A stretch of 60,684 nucleotides of DNA, the filler included, from Nemertoderma westbladi (taxonomy: Eukaryota; Animalia; Xenacoelomorpha), in the NCBI GenBank assembly GCA_032718475.1. It is 2 parts of 2 records of this genome, joined end to end, with 100 filler letters (N's around TTAATTAATTAA, not from the genome) between each part and the next. Parts side by side here need not be neighbours in the genome. Positions count along the whole stretch, not along the records: positions 1 to 28,623 come from JAUCBJ010003422.1; 1 more part is not named here. One strand, given 5' to 3'. Positions 12,813 to 23,181 of the stretch are shown here, in pieces. Position 1 is the first letter of the stretch. Each line of letters begins with the position of its first letter. The position numbers and the translations under genes are program-made. A model generated the notes under the pieces. It had not been told where the DNA came from. It made no database searches and saw only the letters and a list, made by a program, of their open reading frames with translations.

Positions 12813-13668
12813 TAGGGCTCGATCGGAGTTTTTATTTTGCCGGAGCCGGAGTGGAAAAAAAATTGCCGGAGTTTGACCGGAGCCGGAGTTTCTTTCCCTA
12901 TGTGTATTTTCCCTATATCCGGACCGGGTCGCCGTCGTTAGTACTAATATCCGGGTCGCCGTCGTCGGTACTCATATCCGGGCACCGGGTCACCGTCGTT
13001 GGTACTTATATCCTGGTCGCGGACAGAACTCCTTGCATCATTCTCAGTCCATTCCCCTTCCAGAATTATATAGTACATATAGCTGTATAGTACTGTAGTA
13101 CAGTAGTAGTACCTACAGTAGCTTGAGGTGCGGGATTATCAGACTGTGTACCGGTATTCAAGCTGTCAGGTAGGCCTACCGCTACCAGTACAGCAGTTCC
13201 GGAATTAGATTAAGTCAGTGAGTACAGAAGTCAGGAAGTAGTACCGGTACTACAGTACTACTGTACTGCTGTAGTACTACCAGTACCAGCCTGCCAGTAA
13301 ATCTAAGTTATTTAGTATTATACTGCCTGACTGCTTTACCAGTTTACTGCAGTACTGTAGTATAGCTGTATAGTACAGTAGTAATACTGTAATAATAGTA
13401 GTATCAAAGTAGTACAGTCAGACAGTACTGCAGTACTACCGGTACTGGACAGCTGGAGTAGGCTATTGGAGTACCGTACACTGGAATATACTGCTGCCAT
13501 ATGCCTATCTGCCTATACTAGCCTATATATTATGTACATTAATATAAAACATACATTATTAAAAAAACTCCGGCTCCGGTGATTTTTCTAACTCGCTCCG
13601 GTTCGGAGCCGGATGTAAGAAACTCCGGCCGGAGCCGGAGCCGGAGCCGGAACTCCGATCGAGCCCTA
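12813..13668. mobile_element. hAT-type MITE, 856 bp, with 8-bp TSD
   Basis: TIRs TAGGGCTCGATCGGAGTT / AACTCCGATCGAGCCCTA; TSD CCCATGAC at 12805-12812 and 13669-13676; the empty site is visible in the opposite palindrome arm (~16480-16510). Internal CCGGAG and ATATCCGGGTCGCCGTCGT repeats. Confidence 0.92.
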
Positions 13669-14316
13669 CCCATGACATTTGCTAGATCATCCGCATCTTT
13701 AAGGCCAGTGTCCTTTAAGACAGTAAGAAAGATGCGTCTCAAGAAAGTTATGGGCTGTCCACCATGCTTATTCACTCCATGAGGTGCACTGGCTGGTCCT
13801 CACGGCTTAAAGCGATGTCCTGCAAAGCGGAGGCGGCTTTGTTCTAGTGTCAAGCTTGGGGAACCAATGACTGAATGAGACACCTCCAACTCCAATGTTA
13901 TATAGTGTTTGGTTGGAGATGCAGAGATGTTTTGTACTTGACACAGTGAACCTAATCTAAACAATTAGTCAATAAACATTACCTTAATAACATAATAGGT
14001 TACAGTTTACAGTAGTCTTATTTTTGCCATACGAAAATACCACAGGCAGACAGGTATGGCAGTATGGGTAAGAATGAACTATACAGCTATAACTCCACTA
14101 CGCTACCGCGGTATACACCGCTAAGGCAGTAAGGCTACCGCAAAGCTATACCACTACCGCAAAAAGTAACTACTGATGTCTGACTGTACCGGTACGTGTG
14201 CGATCCCTGTTTATAATACATATAATAATTAATTTGATCATTAAAATAATGTTGCATTGTAATTATGTAATATATATGTACTGATACGGGATGCAGTTTT
14301 GATTTAAATACCGATA

Positions 14317-15713
14317 GGGGAAAGTGGGGGAAGTAGAAACACTTTTGGGTTTTTAAAAAAATGAAAATATCCCTACACAGAATTTAACAATAGGTACATC
14401 AAAATTGTTTTGTTTCACATTATTTTAAACCTTTTAGCACTCAATTAAACCACTAAGTTCGCCTGACCCTCACTATCCAATAGTGTTGGGCAGGCGAGCT
14501 TTTTTTAAAGTTCGACATGTTTCTACTTACCCCATTTTGGGGTAAATAGAAACAGGTTAAGGACGGTTATATAAATACATATAAACAGAATCTAGGCTAA
14601 GTAGAATGTTTCCAACAACCCCATAGATAGAAACTACATAAAATTTCACACTGAAACTGTTATAACATTATTTTATAGTTGTTCAATGTAAACCCTGTAA
14701 GCAACGACCAAATGTAGTAGTAAATAAAAATACGAGACTATTTATTCAAATCTACTAAATATTCAAATTCTACATATTGTTATTGTAATTGCTAAAGTTC
14801 CAGAAGGAATATTAAATGTTTCTGCAGCTTCACGAACTGTATATTGCCCACTATTAATGGAAGCTATTGCTCTTTAAGTGTTTCATTTGAATATGATCCA
14901 CGTGTAGTTTTTCTTGGACGTTTTCGAGACATGATTTTAGCCATGATGACGAATAAAAGGACAACCAATTATCAGGCAGCAAATGCAGAGAAAAACAAAC
15001 CAACAGGCTACCTATTGAAGGCTAAGAGTCAATAAAAGATAAAAGCAAAAGCTATTTAGTCAAATTGGTTTTGATTTATTGACAAATGCTTCATTTCAAT
15101 TATGTTTACAATATTTAGCACCATCATAATAGCAAATATTCTAAAATGTGATTTCATACGGTAAAACGTTAGTCATCTATTACGCTACCGGTACCTAGTA
15201 CCGGTAACTAATGGTTTTGTGTTATTTACATATTGCTGGTAGTAAAAATCAAAAAAGTACAATACGCTAGACATTGTGCTTGGTGTAATGAATGAGACAT
15301 TAGTACATGTTTCTACTTACCCCACAGCATAAAAATAGGGCCCATTTTTTAATCACTCATATAAGACAATTTTGTTAATATAAAATCATGTAAATGAGAT
15401 TAGAACTGAACAGATTACAAAATTTCCTTTTAAATAAGCCAGTTAATACAACAATGGGATCATAAAAACTATCATAATTGCATACATGAAATCTTACAAA
15501 GATAATCAAAAAATTGATTTTTTATTCAAAGATTGAACAAGTTGAAATTTGACCATTTAGTTCTCAATAAAGCTATAAGAAATCTATATAAAATTTGTTC
15601 CCCATTTAATTCTATGTTAGGAATTCGGAATTTTTAGTTTGTATCTATAATTGTGAGCGCACAGATTCAGTTGTTTCCACTTACCCCATTATTCTACTTC
15701 CCCAACTTTCCCC
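14317..15713 (-). mobile_element. Internally deleted pogo-like (Tc1/mariner superfamily) element, 1397 bp, TA TSD
   Basis: TIRs GGGGAAAGTGGGGGAAGTAGAA / TTCTACTTCCCCAACTTTCCCC; TA on both sides; empty site ACCGATATACAG in the other arm; internal GTTTCTACTTACCCCA repeats; transposase N-terminal remnant. Confidence 0.88.
14790..14932 (-). pseudogene. Frameshifted N-terminal HTH (pipsqueak-type) remnant of a pogo transposase
   Basis: Minus strand reads MSRKRPRKTTRGSYSNETLK, then after a frameshift AIASINSGQYTVREAAETFNIPSGTLA. This aligns with MGKYNRK...YSKESLISAITLVITGKLNVLEASKRFKIPYGTLY of the 19416 transposase. Confidence 0.7.
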
Positions 15714-16227
15714 TATACAGTATGGCAGCATGGGTACACTTGGAGTTGTACTAAAGTCCAATATTGGACTTTAGTACAACTCCAAGCTGCCAAGTGTACC
15801 CATGCTGCCCCTGCCATACTGTATATCGGTATTTAAATCAAAACTGCATCCCGTATCAGTACATATATATTACATAATTACAATGCAACATTATTTTAAT
15901 GATCAAATTAATTATTATATGTATTATACAATGTTATAAACAGGGATCGCACAAGTCAGCACGTACAGTCAGACATCAGTAGTTACTTTTTGCGGTTGTG
16001 GTATAGCTTTGCGGTAGCTTTACTGCCTTAGCGGTGTATACCGCGGTAGCGTAGTTGAGTTATAGCTGTATAGTTCAATCATACCCATACTGACTGCCAT
16101 ACCTGTGGTATTTTCGTATGGCAAAAATAAGACTACTGTAAACTGTAACCTATTATGTTATGAGTTAATGTTTATTGACTAATTGTTTTGATTAGGTTCA
16201 CTGTGTCAAGTACAATGCACACACCCT

Positions 16228-16510
16228 CTGCATCTCCAACCAGACACTATACTGCTATATAACATTGGAGCTGGAGGTGTCTCATTCAGTCATTGGTTCC
16301 CCCAAACTTGACACTAGAACAAAGCCGCCTCCGCTTTGAAGGACATCGCTTTAAGCCGTGAGGACCAGCCAGTGCACCTCATGGAGTGAATAAGCATGAT
16401 GGTGGACAGCCCATGACTTTCTTGAGACGCATCTTTCTTACTGTCTTAAAGGACACTGGCCTTGAAGATGCGGATGATCTAGCAAATGTCATGGGTGATA
16501 AGGCTGTAAG
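16228..16510 (+). pseudogene. Degenerate 3' end of a non-LTR (RTE/L2-like) retrotransposon inside the palindrome arm; mirror copy at ~13677-13935 (-)
   Basis: Fragments ISNQTLY, QSRLRF(A/E)GHR and HGVNKH..GQP.TFLRRI..LKDTGLEDADDLANVMGDK resemble the conserved RT C-terminal tail (RLRFAGH, RGRP..T...L..DTGL, M.DR..W). Confidence 0.55.
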
Positions 16511-19173
16511 AGTGTAAGGGAGTTGTGGAGGCGCACTTTTGTCAACAAGCCGGCACAGCATCCTTAATACATAATAGGGCCTATATATATAATGCAGCTG
16601 CAATGAATCATGCCGATTGTAGTAGTAGTACCGGTATGTGATGTGGTGAGATTATAGGGCTCCTTCAATTGGTAAAGTCAAAAGTGGCCGTTTATTGTTT
16701 TAGTTAGAAAAGCCTGCCTCTGTAACCTGTTCCTTTCCCTCAATTGGTTTATGATTATGACGTGTGTTACTTGTTACTTCTGTACTTATTACAGTATTAT
16801 GTGGAGACCCCAACACGTTAATCAGTTACTAATCCCATTTCATTATCCTGTTATCCAGCCGTTTTATAATACCCTTCCTGTTGTATGGAAAAATTAGAAG
16901 AGATGGTGGTAGCATCAACTTGTAGTATTTCTTTCTGATAGGGCTCCCATAGCCTTAGACGAAATCGTAGCTTGTACTGTAGTTAGCCTTAGCAGCTGCT
17001 GCTTTTGGCAAACCTGGCATTGCTACCAGTATCCACCAAATATAATTTGTAATTAAATATTTGTTGGAGCATAATCTAATCTAGTCCTAAAGACACTATA
17101 AAGTCCTGGGTACATAAGGCTGTAAGGTTAGACATAACATGAATGTAAATTGTAAACTAAACAATATGCTAAAAGTAAAGTACAAAGTACCTATAATGCT
17201 AGAATGTACCATTAGTTTCTAAGTACAGTACAGTCAGTACACTGAAGATACAAACAGAGCTGCAAAGGTAACTTTCCATAACTTAACAGCTGTCTGGCTG
17301 TCTCTCATCTGTCATGCTTCATGTACCCAGGTACCTTTAAGTTCGATTCTCAATGTCACGTCCAAAATTGGACTTAAAGTCCAATATTGGACTTTTGTAA
17401 AAATTCAAAGCCTTATAAAAAAGTTCCCCCTGGTGAATTTCAGGTCCCCCTGTTCAAAACTCTTATTTTTTGATATATTTTCGATTAAAGAAAAAAAATC
17501 CCGCCCGATCCAATTACCCAAGGCCCTGGAACAATTGGCTGATTTGAAGTCCAATATTGGACTCACAGAAGTCCAATTTTGGACTTGAACTGGAGTCGAA
17601 GTCCAATTTTGGACTCAAGTCCAATTTTTGACTTCTCACCGACTGACTGCACTGCACTAAACTGCTGTCTGCAGTTAGCAGTTAGTACTGTAGTTGGCGG
17701 TAGGCTTATCAGCTATCTGTCTATAGCACTGTAGCAAGCAGCTGAGCAGGGGTAACACTTTTCCGTAGAGGTATAGCGTAGGCGCAGTGTGTTACACATT
17801 TGCTTAGAAAGATTACAGAATTATGGATTGAGTCAGTAGGGTGCATTTATAGTCAGATGCCGTCCGATCCGATCCGATCCGATCCGATGCATTTCGGCAA
17901 TTATTGTAGCTACAACTGTCAGACTGCAGACTGTACAAGCCTATAGCTGCTTAGGCCTACTTCTGTTTTGCCTAACACTGAACGCAGTCTGGCAGTGCTG
18001 CAGTGTGACTATTGGCCTATTGCATTATTGTATATCTGTATATGGCAGTATGCAGGTATGGCACTACTGCAGTACACAGTATGGGATCGTTCATAGCTCT
18101 GTAGCTGACTGTCAGACTGTGGTGTTCAGAGGGAAATCGGACGTGCGTTGGACTGTTGGATGTCCTGGAATGGAGTCCACCGACCAACTTGCAGGGTGAG
18201 GGTGAGGCTGTCCCTCTGCAGCTCTGATCCTGGGCGGTGGAGACTGTGCTGATGGCGGCGGAAACGGGAAGCGGGCAGCCGGGGCATTCTGTATCCCGAT
18301 ACTACAGCTGGTCCATGAAACTCTACGCTGCTACGGTACAAACTCCGAGATGGAAAACTCGATGGGAAATCGGGGGGAAGAACTAGGCCTACGAAATTTC
18401 AGTTGAACCCATTCGATAGAGCGATAGAGGTGACCAGTTGGCCATCTCCCCGGACGGCAGGACGGATTGCTGTGTCATGCGCGTGACCAAAGGCCAAAGG
18501 AGTTGGCACGGTACCCGGACGACTAAAGGAATAGTCGGATCCGGTCGTTACTATTCAGCTATTACCAGATTACGAGGCGACGGTAAAGGACGAGGTGCGA
18601 GGGGCCATGTCGGGTTGGTTAGAGCACCGGAAGCGCGACACTCGATATCGGGACTGATAAAAATAGTTTTGGCTTCGGAGGAAACGGTAAGAAGTGCTTC
18701 AGGCGGCGTTTTGACGACTATCAGACTATGGACAACCATGTTTAATGTTTAATGTAAATAGGGTGTGAGGAAGCAAATGCTTTTAAAGCCCGTACACACA
18801 ATAAATAAAATTAACGGAGACATATGTAAAATATATATATGAAATTGTACTGTACACATAAATAAAATATTGACTGACCATACAGACTAGGCGACGTGAT
18901 CGGTTATCGGATCGATCTGGATGTGGGCACAATTGGGTACCGGTACAGTAAAAACGGAAGTGATCTCGGGAAAGCTTTCGAGATTCCCGCTAATTTACGC
19001 AAACTCCCTTTATTCCTGTATTCACGCAGTCTGTCTGTATCTTTAAAGAATGCTGATATTATGTTTATTTTCGCCGAATTTATCCGTTTATCTGCGCATC
19101 TTCTTTCCGGGTACACCATTGTATCCCGGGCGCCGTTTTGTACCTACAATGTCAGAATGTACCAAGTTGTGTA

Positions 19174-21451
19174 CCGTCAGTGCGGGTGACTTTGATAGTG
19201 GGGGTGACTATGATATTTTTTGGTTGACTATGATAATTATCCCGATTACTGTTTTATGAATCCAGCATTCATACTATACAGCAGTGCCGGAAAGAAATAC
19301 TGGTACATTAGGTATTGTAGCACTGTAGGCCATGTTTTGATGCTTTTGACTAGCTGTTTTGTGTTTTTTAATATATTAGTTAATAGCTACCGGTAATCGC
19401 TAATGTTATACCGTTATGGGGAAATATAATCGCAAACCAGGTAGTCGACATTACTGCACTGGATATTCCAAAGAAAGTCTGATTAGCGCTATTACCTTGG
19501 TTATCACAGGGAAGTTAAATGTCTTAGAAGCTTCAAAAAGATTTAAGATCCCATATGGAACGCTATATAAAAAAAGTCGACCGACTTACAGTGCCACTGC
19601 TGCACGGAAGCATGGGGGGCAGCGCGTTCTAACGAATTTAGAAGAAAGAACCATCTTAATGATTATCAATAAGATGACAGATTGGAAGATCCCAATGACC
19701 CCATTCGACATCCGTGTCATGGTCCAAAGCTACTTGAACAGACAAGGGAGAACTACGCGTTTTACTGAAAACATTCCCGGGAAAGATTGGATGAGCATGT
19801 TTATTAAACGACACAACCTAACCCAACGTATTTGCGCCAATGTGAAGCCTTCTAGGGCCAACATATCAGCCAAGGACATCGACGACTTCTTCATGCACTA
19901 TGACAACACTGTTCCTTCCGATACACCACCTGAATGTATCTTCAACTACGACGAAACAAATATAGCAGATAACCCTGGTTCTAAAGCTACCATAGTTCGC
20001 CGTGGGCTGAGGAGAGTGGAGTCGAAAATGGCCCACTCAAAATCATCCACAAGTCTAATGTTTTGCGGCAATGCAAAAGGTGAATATGTTCCGCCAATGA
20101 TTGTGTTTAAATCCGAACACCTGTACAATGAATGGACCTTGCATGGTCCAGCAGAAACTGTATATGGGAACTCAAAGTCAGGATGGTTCAATGGAGAGTT
20201 GTTTGAACTGTGGTTTTTCGAAGCATTCCTGCCACATGCGAAGAAAACAGCAGGGAAGAAAGTTCTATTGGGTGACAACCTTGCAAGTCACTTCAGTGTG
20301 AGGGTTTTAGAAGCTTGTGAAGAAAATAATATCACGTTCATATCCTTTGTTCCTAATGCGAGCCACCTTCTCCAACCACTAGATGTGGCCGTATTTGGAC
20401 CTGCAAAGCGTGTCTGGAGGAAGATATTGGGAAATTGGAGGAAGGAAACACGGATCCAGCAAGCTATACCAAAGTCAATTATGCCATCATTATTAAAAAG
20501 GCTGCATACCAACATGGAGGAACATGGAAAGAACCTGACAGCAGGATTCAAGGGAGCTGGGATTTATCCAAGGGACAACTCCCAAGTTCTAAAGCGAATT
20601 TCCCCCCAGGCACCACAAGACGAACCATCCGTGAGAGAGGCGTTTGGCGACACTGTTGCCGATCTACTGCGGGATCATGTTCGCCCAGTTGAAGTGGCAT
20701 CAAAGAAAAGAGGCCCGAAGGTCACGCCTGGTAAGGCGGTTACTGTTAGTGATATATCTGGAAACAGTGAAGAAAGTGAAGATTGCCAGATCTGCCAACA
20801 GTCATCTCTGCCGTCCTCATTAACAACATCTCGTAATCGGAAAGTTTTTTGGGTTGGCTGTGATAACTGCGAGAAGTGGTATCACAAGCTGTGTCTGGAA
20901 GCCACAGTTGGATTGTCTGTTGATGCCACTGATTACTGTGGATGTGATTAATTCGTTTTTAACTTTCATACGGTTTTACTGTACATTATTTTTGTGCTAT
21001 ATCTAGCTATGCAATTGCATTTTCCAACTGTGCAATATAATCCCAAGCCCCATGCTGCCATGCAATACACTATCTGTCTATGCAATACATTATATGATGT
21101 ACCAGTACTAACTGTATATATTTAATTAATCCCACAGTGAGTGGGAATTTACAAAGATTTTTTTAAAATCTGAAAATAATATCATAGTCAACCTTTACTG
21201 AGGCACACTATATTTTAAATATGCATTTATATATTATTATCATAGTCACCCGCAAGGTCGGGTGACTATGATAATTTTTTATGCCAAAAAAAATTGCCAT
21301 TGACATTTCAAAATTTGAAATGTCAATGGCAATTAGTATGTATGGAAGGCTGAATGTTATGACCAGAGTACTTTTACATTATCATTAACTGTACTTATGG
21401 AGAGTCATTTAAAATAGTGCTGAAAACTATCATAGTCACCCACATTGACGG
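19174..21451 (+). mobile_element. Full-length pogo-family DNA transposon, 2278 bp, TA TSD
   Basis: TA|CCGTCAGTGCGGGTGACTTTGATAG ... CTATCATAGTCACCCACATTGACGG|TA; repeated GTGACTATGATA binding motifs at both ends; intact transposase. Confidence 0.93.
19416..20951 (+). CDS. pogo-type DD35D transposase (HTH_psq, CENP-B-type HTH, DDE_1) with C-terminal PHD-like finger, 511 aa
   Basis: N-terminal HTH, PGKDWMSMFIKRH, FNYDETN, SKSGW, LLGDNLASH, QPLDVAVFGPAK (35 residues between the 2nd and 3rd Asp), C-terminal CQIC...WVGCDNCEKWYHKLC...YCGC. Confidence 0.95.
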   Translation: MGKYNRKPGSRHYCTGYSKESLISAITLVITGKLNVLEASKRFKIPYGTLYKKSRPTYSATAARKHGGQRVLTNLEERTILMIINKMTDWKIPMTPFDIRVMVQSYLNRQGRTTRFTENIPGKDWMSMFIKRHNLTQRICANVKPSRANISAKDIDDFFMHYDNTVPSDTPPECIFNYDETNIADNPGSKATIVRRGLRRVESKMAHSKSSTSLMFCGNAKGEYVPPMIVFKSEHLYNEWTLHGPAETVYGNSKSGWFNGELFELWFFEAFLPHAKKTAGKKVLLGDNLASHFSVRVLEACEENNITFISFVPNASHLLQPLDVAVFGPAKRVWRKILGNWRKETRIQQAIPKSIMPSLLKRLHTNMEEHGKNLTAGFKGAGIYPRDNSQVLKRISPQAPQDEPSVREAFGDTVADLLRDHVRPVEVASKKRGPKVTPGKAVTVSDISGNSEESEDCQICQQSSLPSSLTTSRNRKVFWVGCDNCEKWYHKLCLEATVGLSVDATDYCGCD

Positions 21452-22589
21452 TACCTATTGTACCAAGTTGTGTACATTTTGTACCTATTATGTAACAGTT
21501 GTGTACGGTCTTGTACCTATTTATGTTTCCTAAAGTAAAGATGTGTAATCTGATTATTATTATGGTTGCTACATAACATGGTATAGAGAGAGACTATCTT
21601 ATCTTATAACCGTTATCAACAGTGTTGTAGTCATAATTTGCAACGTTTCATTGAAATAATCACTTGAAATATTCGAATACATTCTACCCATAATAATTAA
21701 TACTAATTATTGTAAAACTATTTTTCTATGCGGAAATCCAGACTGAAAGTCTCTCTCTTGATATCTGTCATCTGTCATCTGATATCTAGGACAGAACACC
21801 ACTAAGAAAGCCTACAATAAGAATTATTCACATATACTTAGCAATCTATCGCATTTCGCGATTAGGCCAAAGTCTTGGCTTGTGAAATACAGGCCATACA
21901 CAATACCAGAATACAGTAGCTTCATAATACTGATAATTTGGTCTTAAAAGTCAAAGTTAAAACATGCCTCTAACTGTCTAGCAGTCTAGTACAACTAAAT
22001 CGACCATTGTGGTTCCAATGACACCAAAATGAGTCACAAAGTACCACTAAACCAGCACCATAACGTTATGGGGTATTTTTATACCCCATCTTACCTAACT
22101 AAGTTGTTTTCAAATTAAAGGCCCATAACATTTTTCATAAACAAAATTTTATGGGTTTGACCCACACAATCGTTAGATTACAAGTTTTTTAGAAGATACT
22201 ATGAAGCTGGACATATGAGAGATTGTCGAAAAATATCAAAATTAATCCCCTTGCAGCCTTGGGGTATTATTTTACCCCACGTTACCGGGGAAGGGTTAAT
22301 TAAATAAAACACCGCAAAGATAGGTGGAATATTCTGATATTCAATTAAAGGGATATTGCGTTAGAGAAACTGTGATAGGCAAAACAGAAGTAGGCCTAAG
22401 CAGCTAGGCTTGTACAGTCTGCAGTCTGACAGTTGTAGCTAGAATAATTGCTGAATTGCATCGGATCGGATCGGATCGGACGGCATCTGACATATAATTC
22501 TACCACTTGGAGTCAGTGCATGACTGCATGATGCCGATGCCTTTGAAATTGTATAAGGGTAGGCAGAGAGACGAGCAGCGCTCTTCAAA

Positions 22590-22775
22590 ATTTCCTTGAC
22601 GCTCGGCGCGCTTCAAAATTTCTTTGACGAAATTTTGTCGGCACGCGGCGGTGCACATCAAAATTGCATCGGCGCGCGGCGCGCATCAAAATTGAGTAGG
22701 CGCGCGGCGCACATTAAGATTGCCTTGGCGCGTGGCGCTCATCAAAATTTCGTCGGCGCGCTATCCGGCGCACTT
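22590..22775. repeat. Degenerate GC-rich tandem repeat (GGCGCGCGGCGCACATCAAAATT-like units)
   Basis: About six recurrences of (GGCGC)n..CAAAATT between 22590 and 22775. Confidence 0.65.
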
Positions 22776-22951
22776 TTTGGATGGATTCCATACAGGCTAC
22801 GGCTACGACCTGACTGCCTGACAACACAAGTCCCTAAAAGGTGCCACCCTGCTCCATAGCGCGGGAAATTCAAATGATTGAAAGACATGTAAGTTGTACT
22901 GGAAGTGGTGGCATCCCTATTGAAAAGTTTTATTTTCTGCGCCGAACGCGG

Positions 22952-23181
22952 CGCCGGGTGCCAAAAATCCTGCGCCGGCTCTGAGCAAAACCACGCCGGG
23001 TGCAAAAAATCCTGCGCTGGCTCTGTGCAAAACCACGCCGGGTGCAAAAAATCCTGCGCTGGCTCTGTGCAAAACCACGCCGGGTGCAAAAAATCCTGCG
23101 CCGGCTCTGTGCAAACCAACGCCCATGCCAGGTGCAAAAATCCTGCGCCGGCTCTGTGCAATGCAAAATTCTGCGCCGGGT
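22952..23181. repeat. 42-bp minisatellite, ~5.5 copies
   Basis: Unit CCACGCCGGGTGCAAAAAATCCTGCGCTGGCTCTGTGCAAAA (starts 22991, 23033, 23075); explains the 14-aa repeat ORFs seen in several frames. Confidence 0.92.

Larger units (their letters stand above)
11666..17645. mobile_element. Giant spacer-less palindrome (Foldback-like element), arms ~1.9 kb, left arm interrupted by two insertions
   Basis: Ends CAGTCGGTGAGAAGTC (11666) and GACTTCTCACCGACTG (17645). The arms are reverse complements up to the centre GTTGTACTAAAGTCCAAT|ATTGGACTTTAGTACAAC at 15762/15763 once 12813-13676 and 14317-15715 are removed. Subterminal GTCCAA(A/T)ATTGGAC repeats. TA precedes the left end only. Confidence 0.92.
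17838..22509. mobile_element. Non-autonomous DNA element with ~125-bp TIRs (possibly Mutator-like), hosting the pogo insertion
   Basis: GTCAGATGCCG(TCCGA)n...TTCTGTTTTGCCTA (17852-~17975) is the reverse complement of ~22375-22491. The direct repeat GAGTCAGT at 17830-17837 and 22510-22517 may be the TSD; an alternative is ATA directly flanking 17852-22491. Confidence 0.72.

Noticed and set aside
11666-17645. Assembly artefact (mirror-read chimera)
   Set aside because: The arms carry many independent substitutions and indels plus two TSD-flanked insertions in one arm only.
22060-22300. piggyBac-like end (...GGGGAAGGG|TTAA) with GGGGTA..TACCCC motifs
   Set aside because: No matching opposite terminus found; too weak to annotate.
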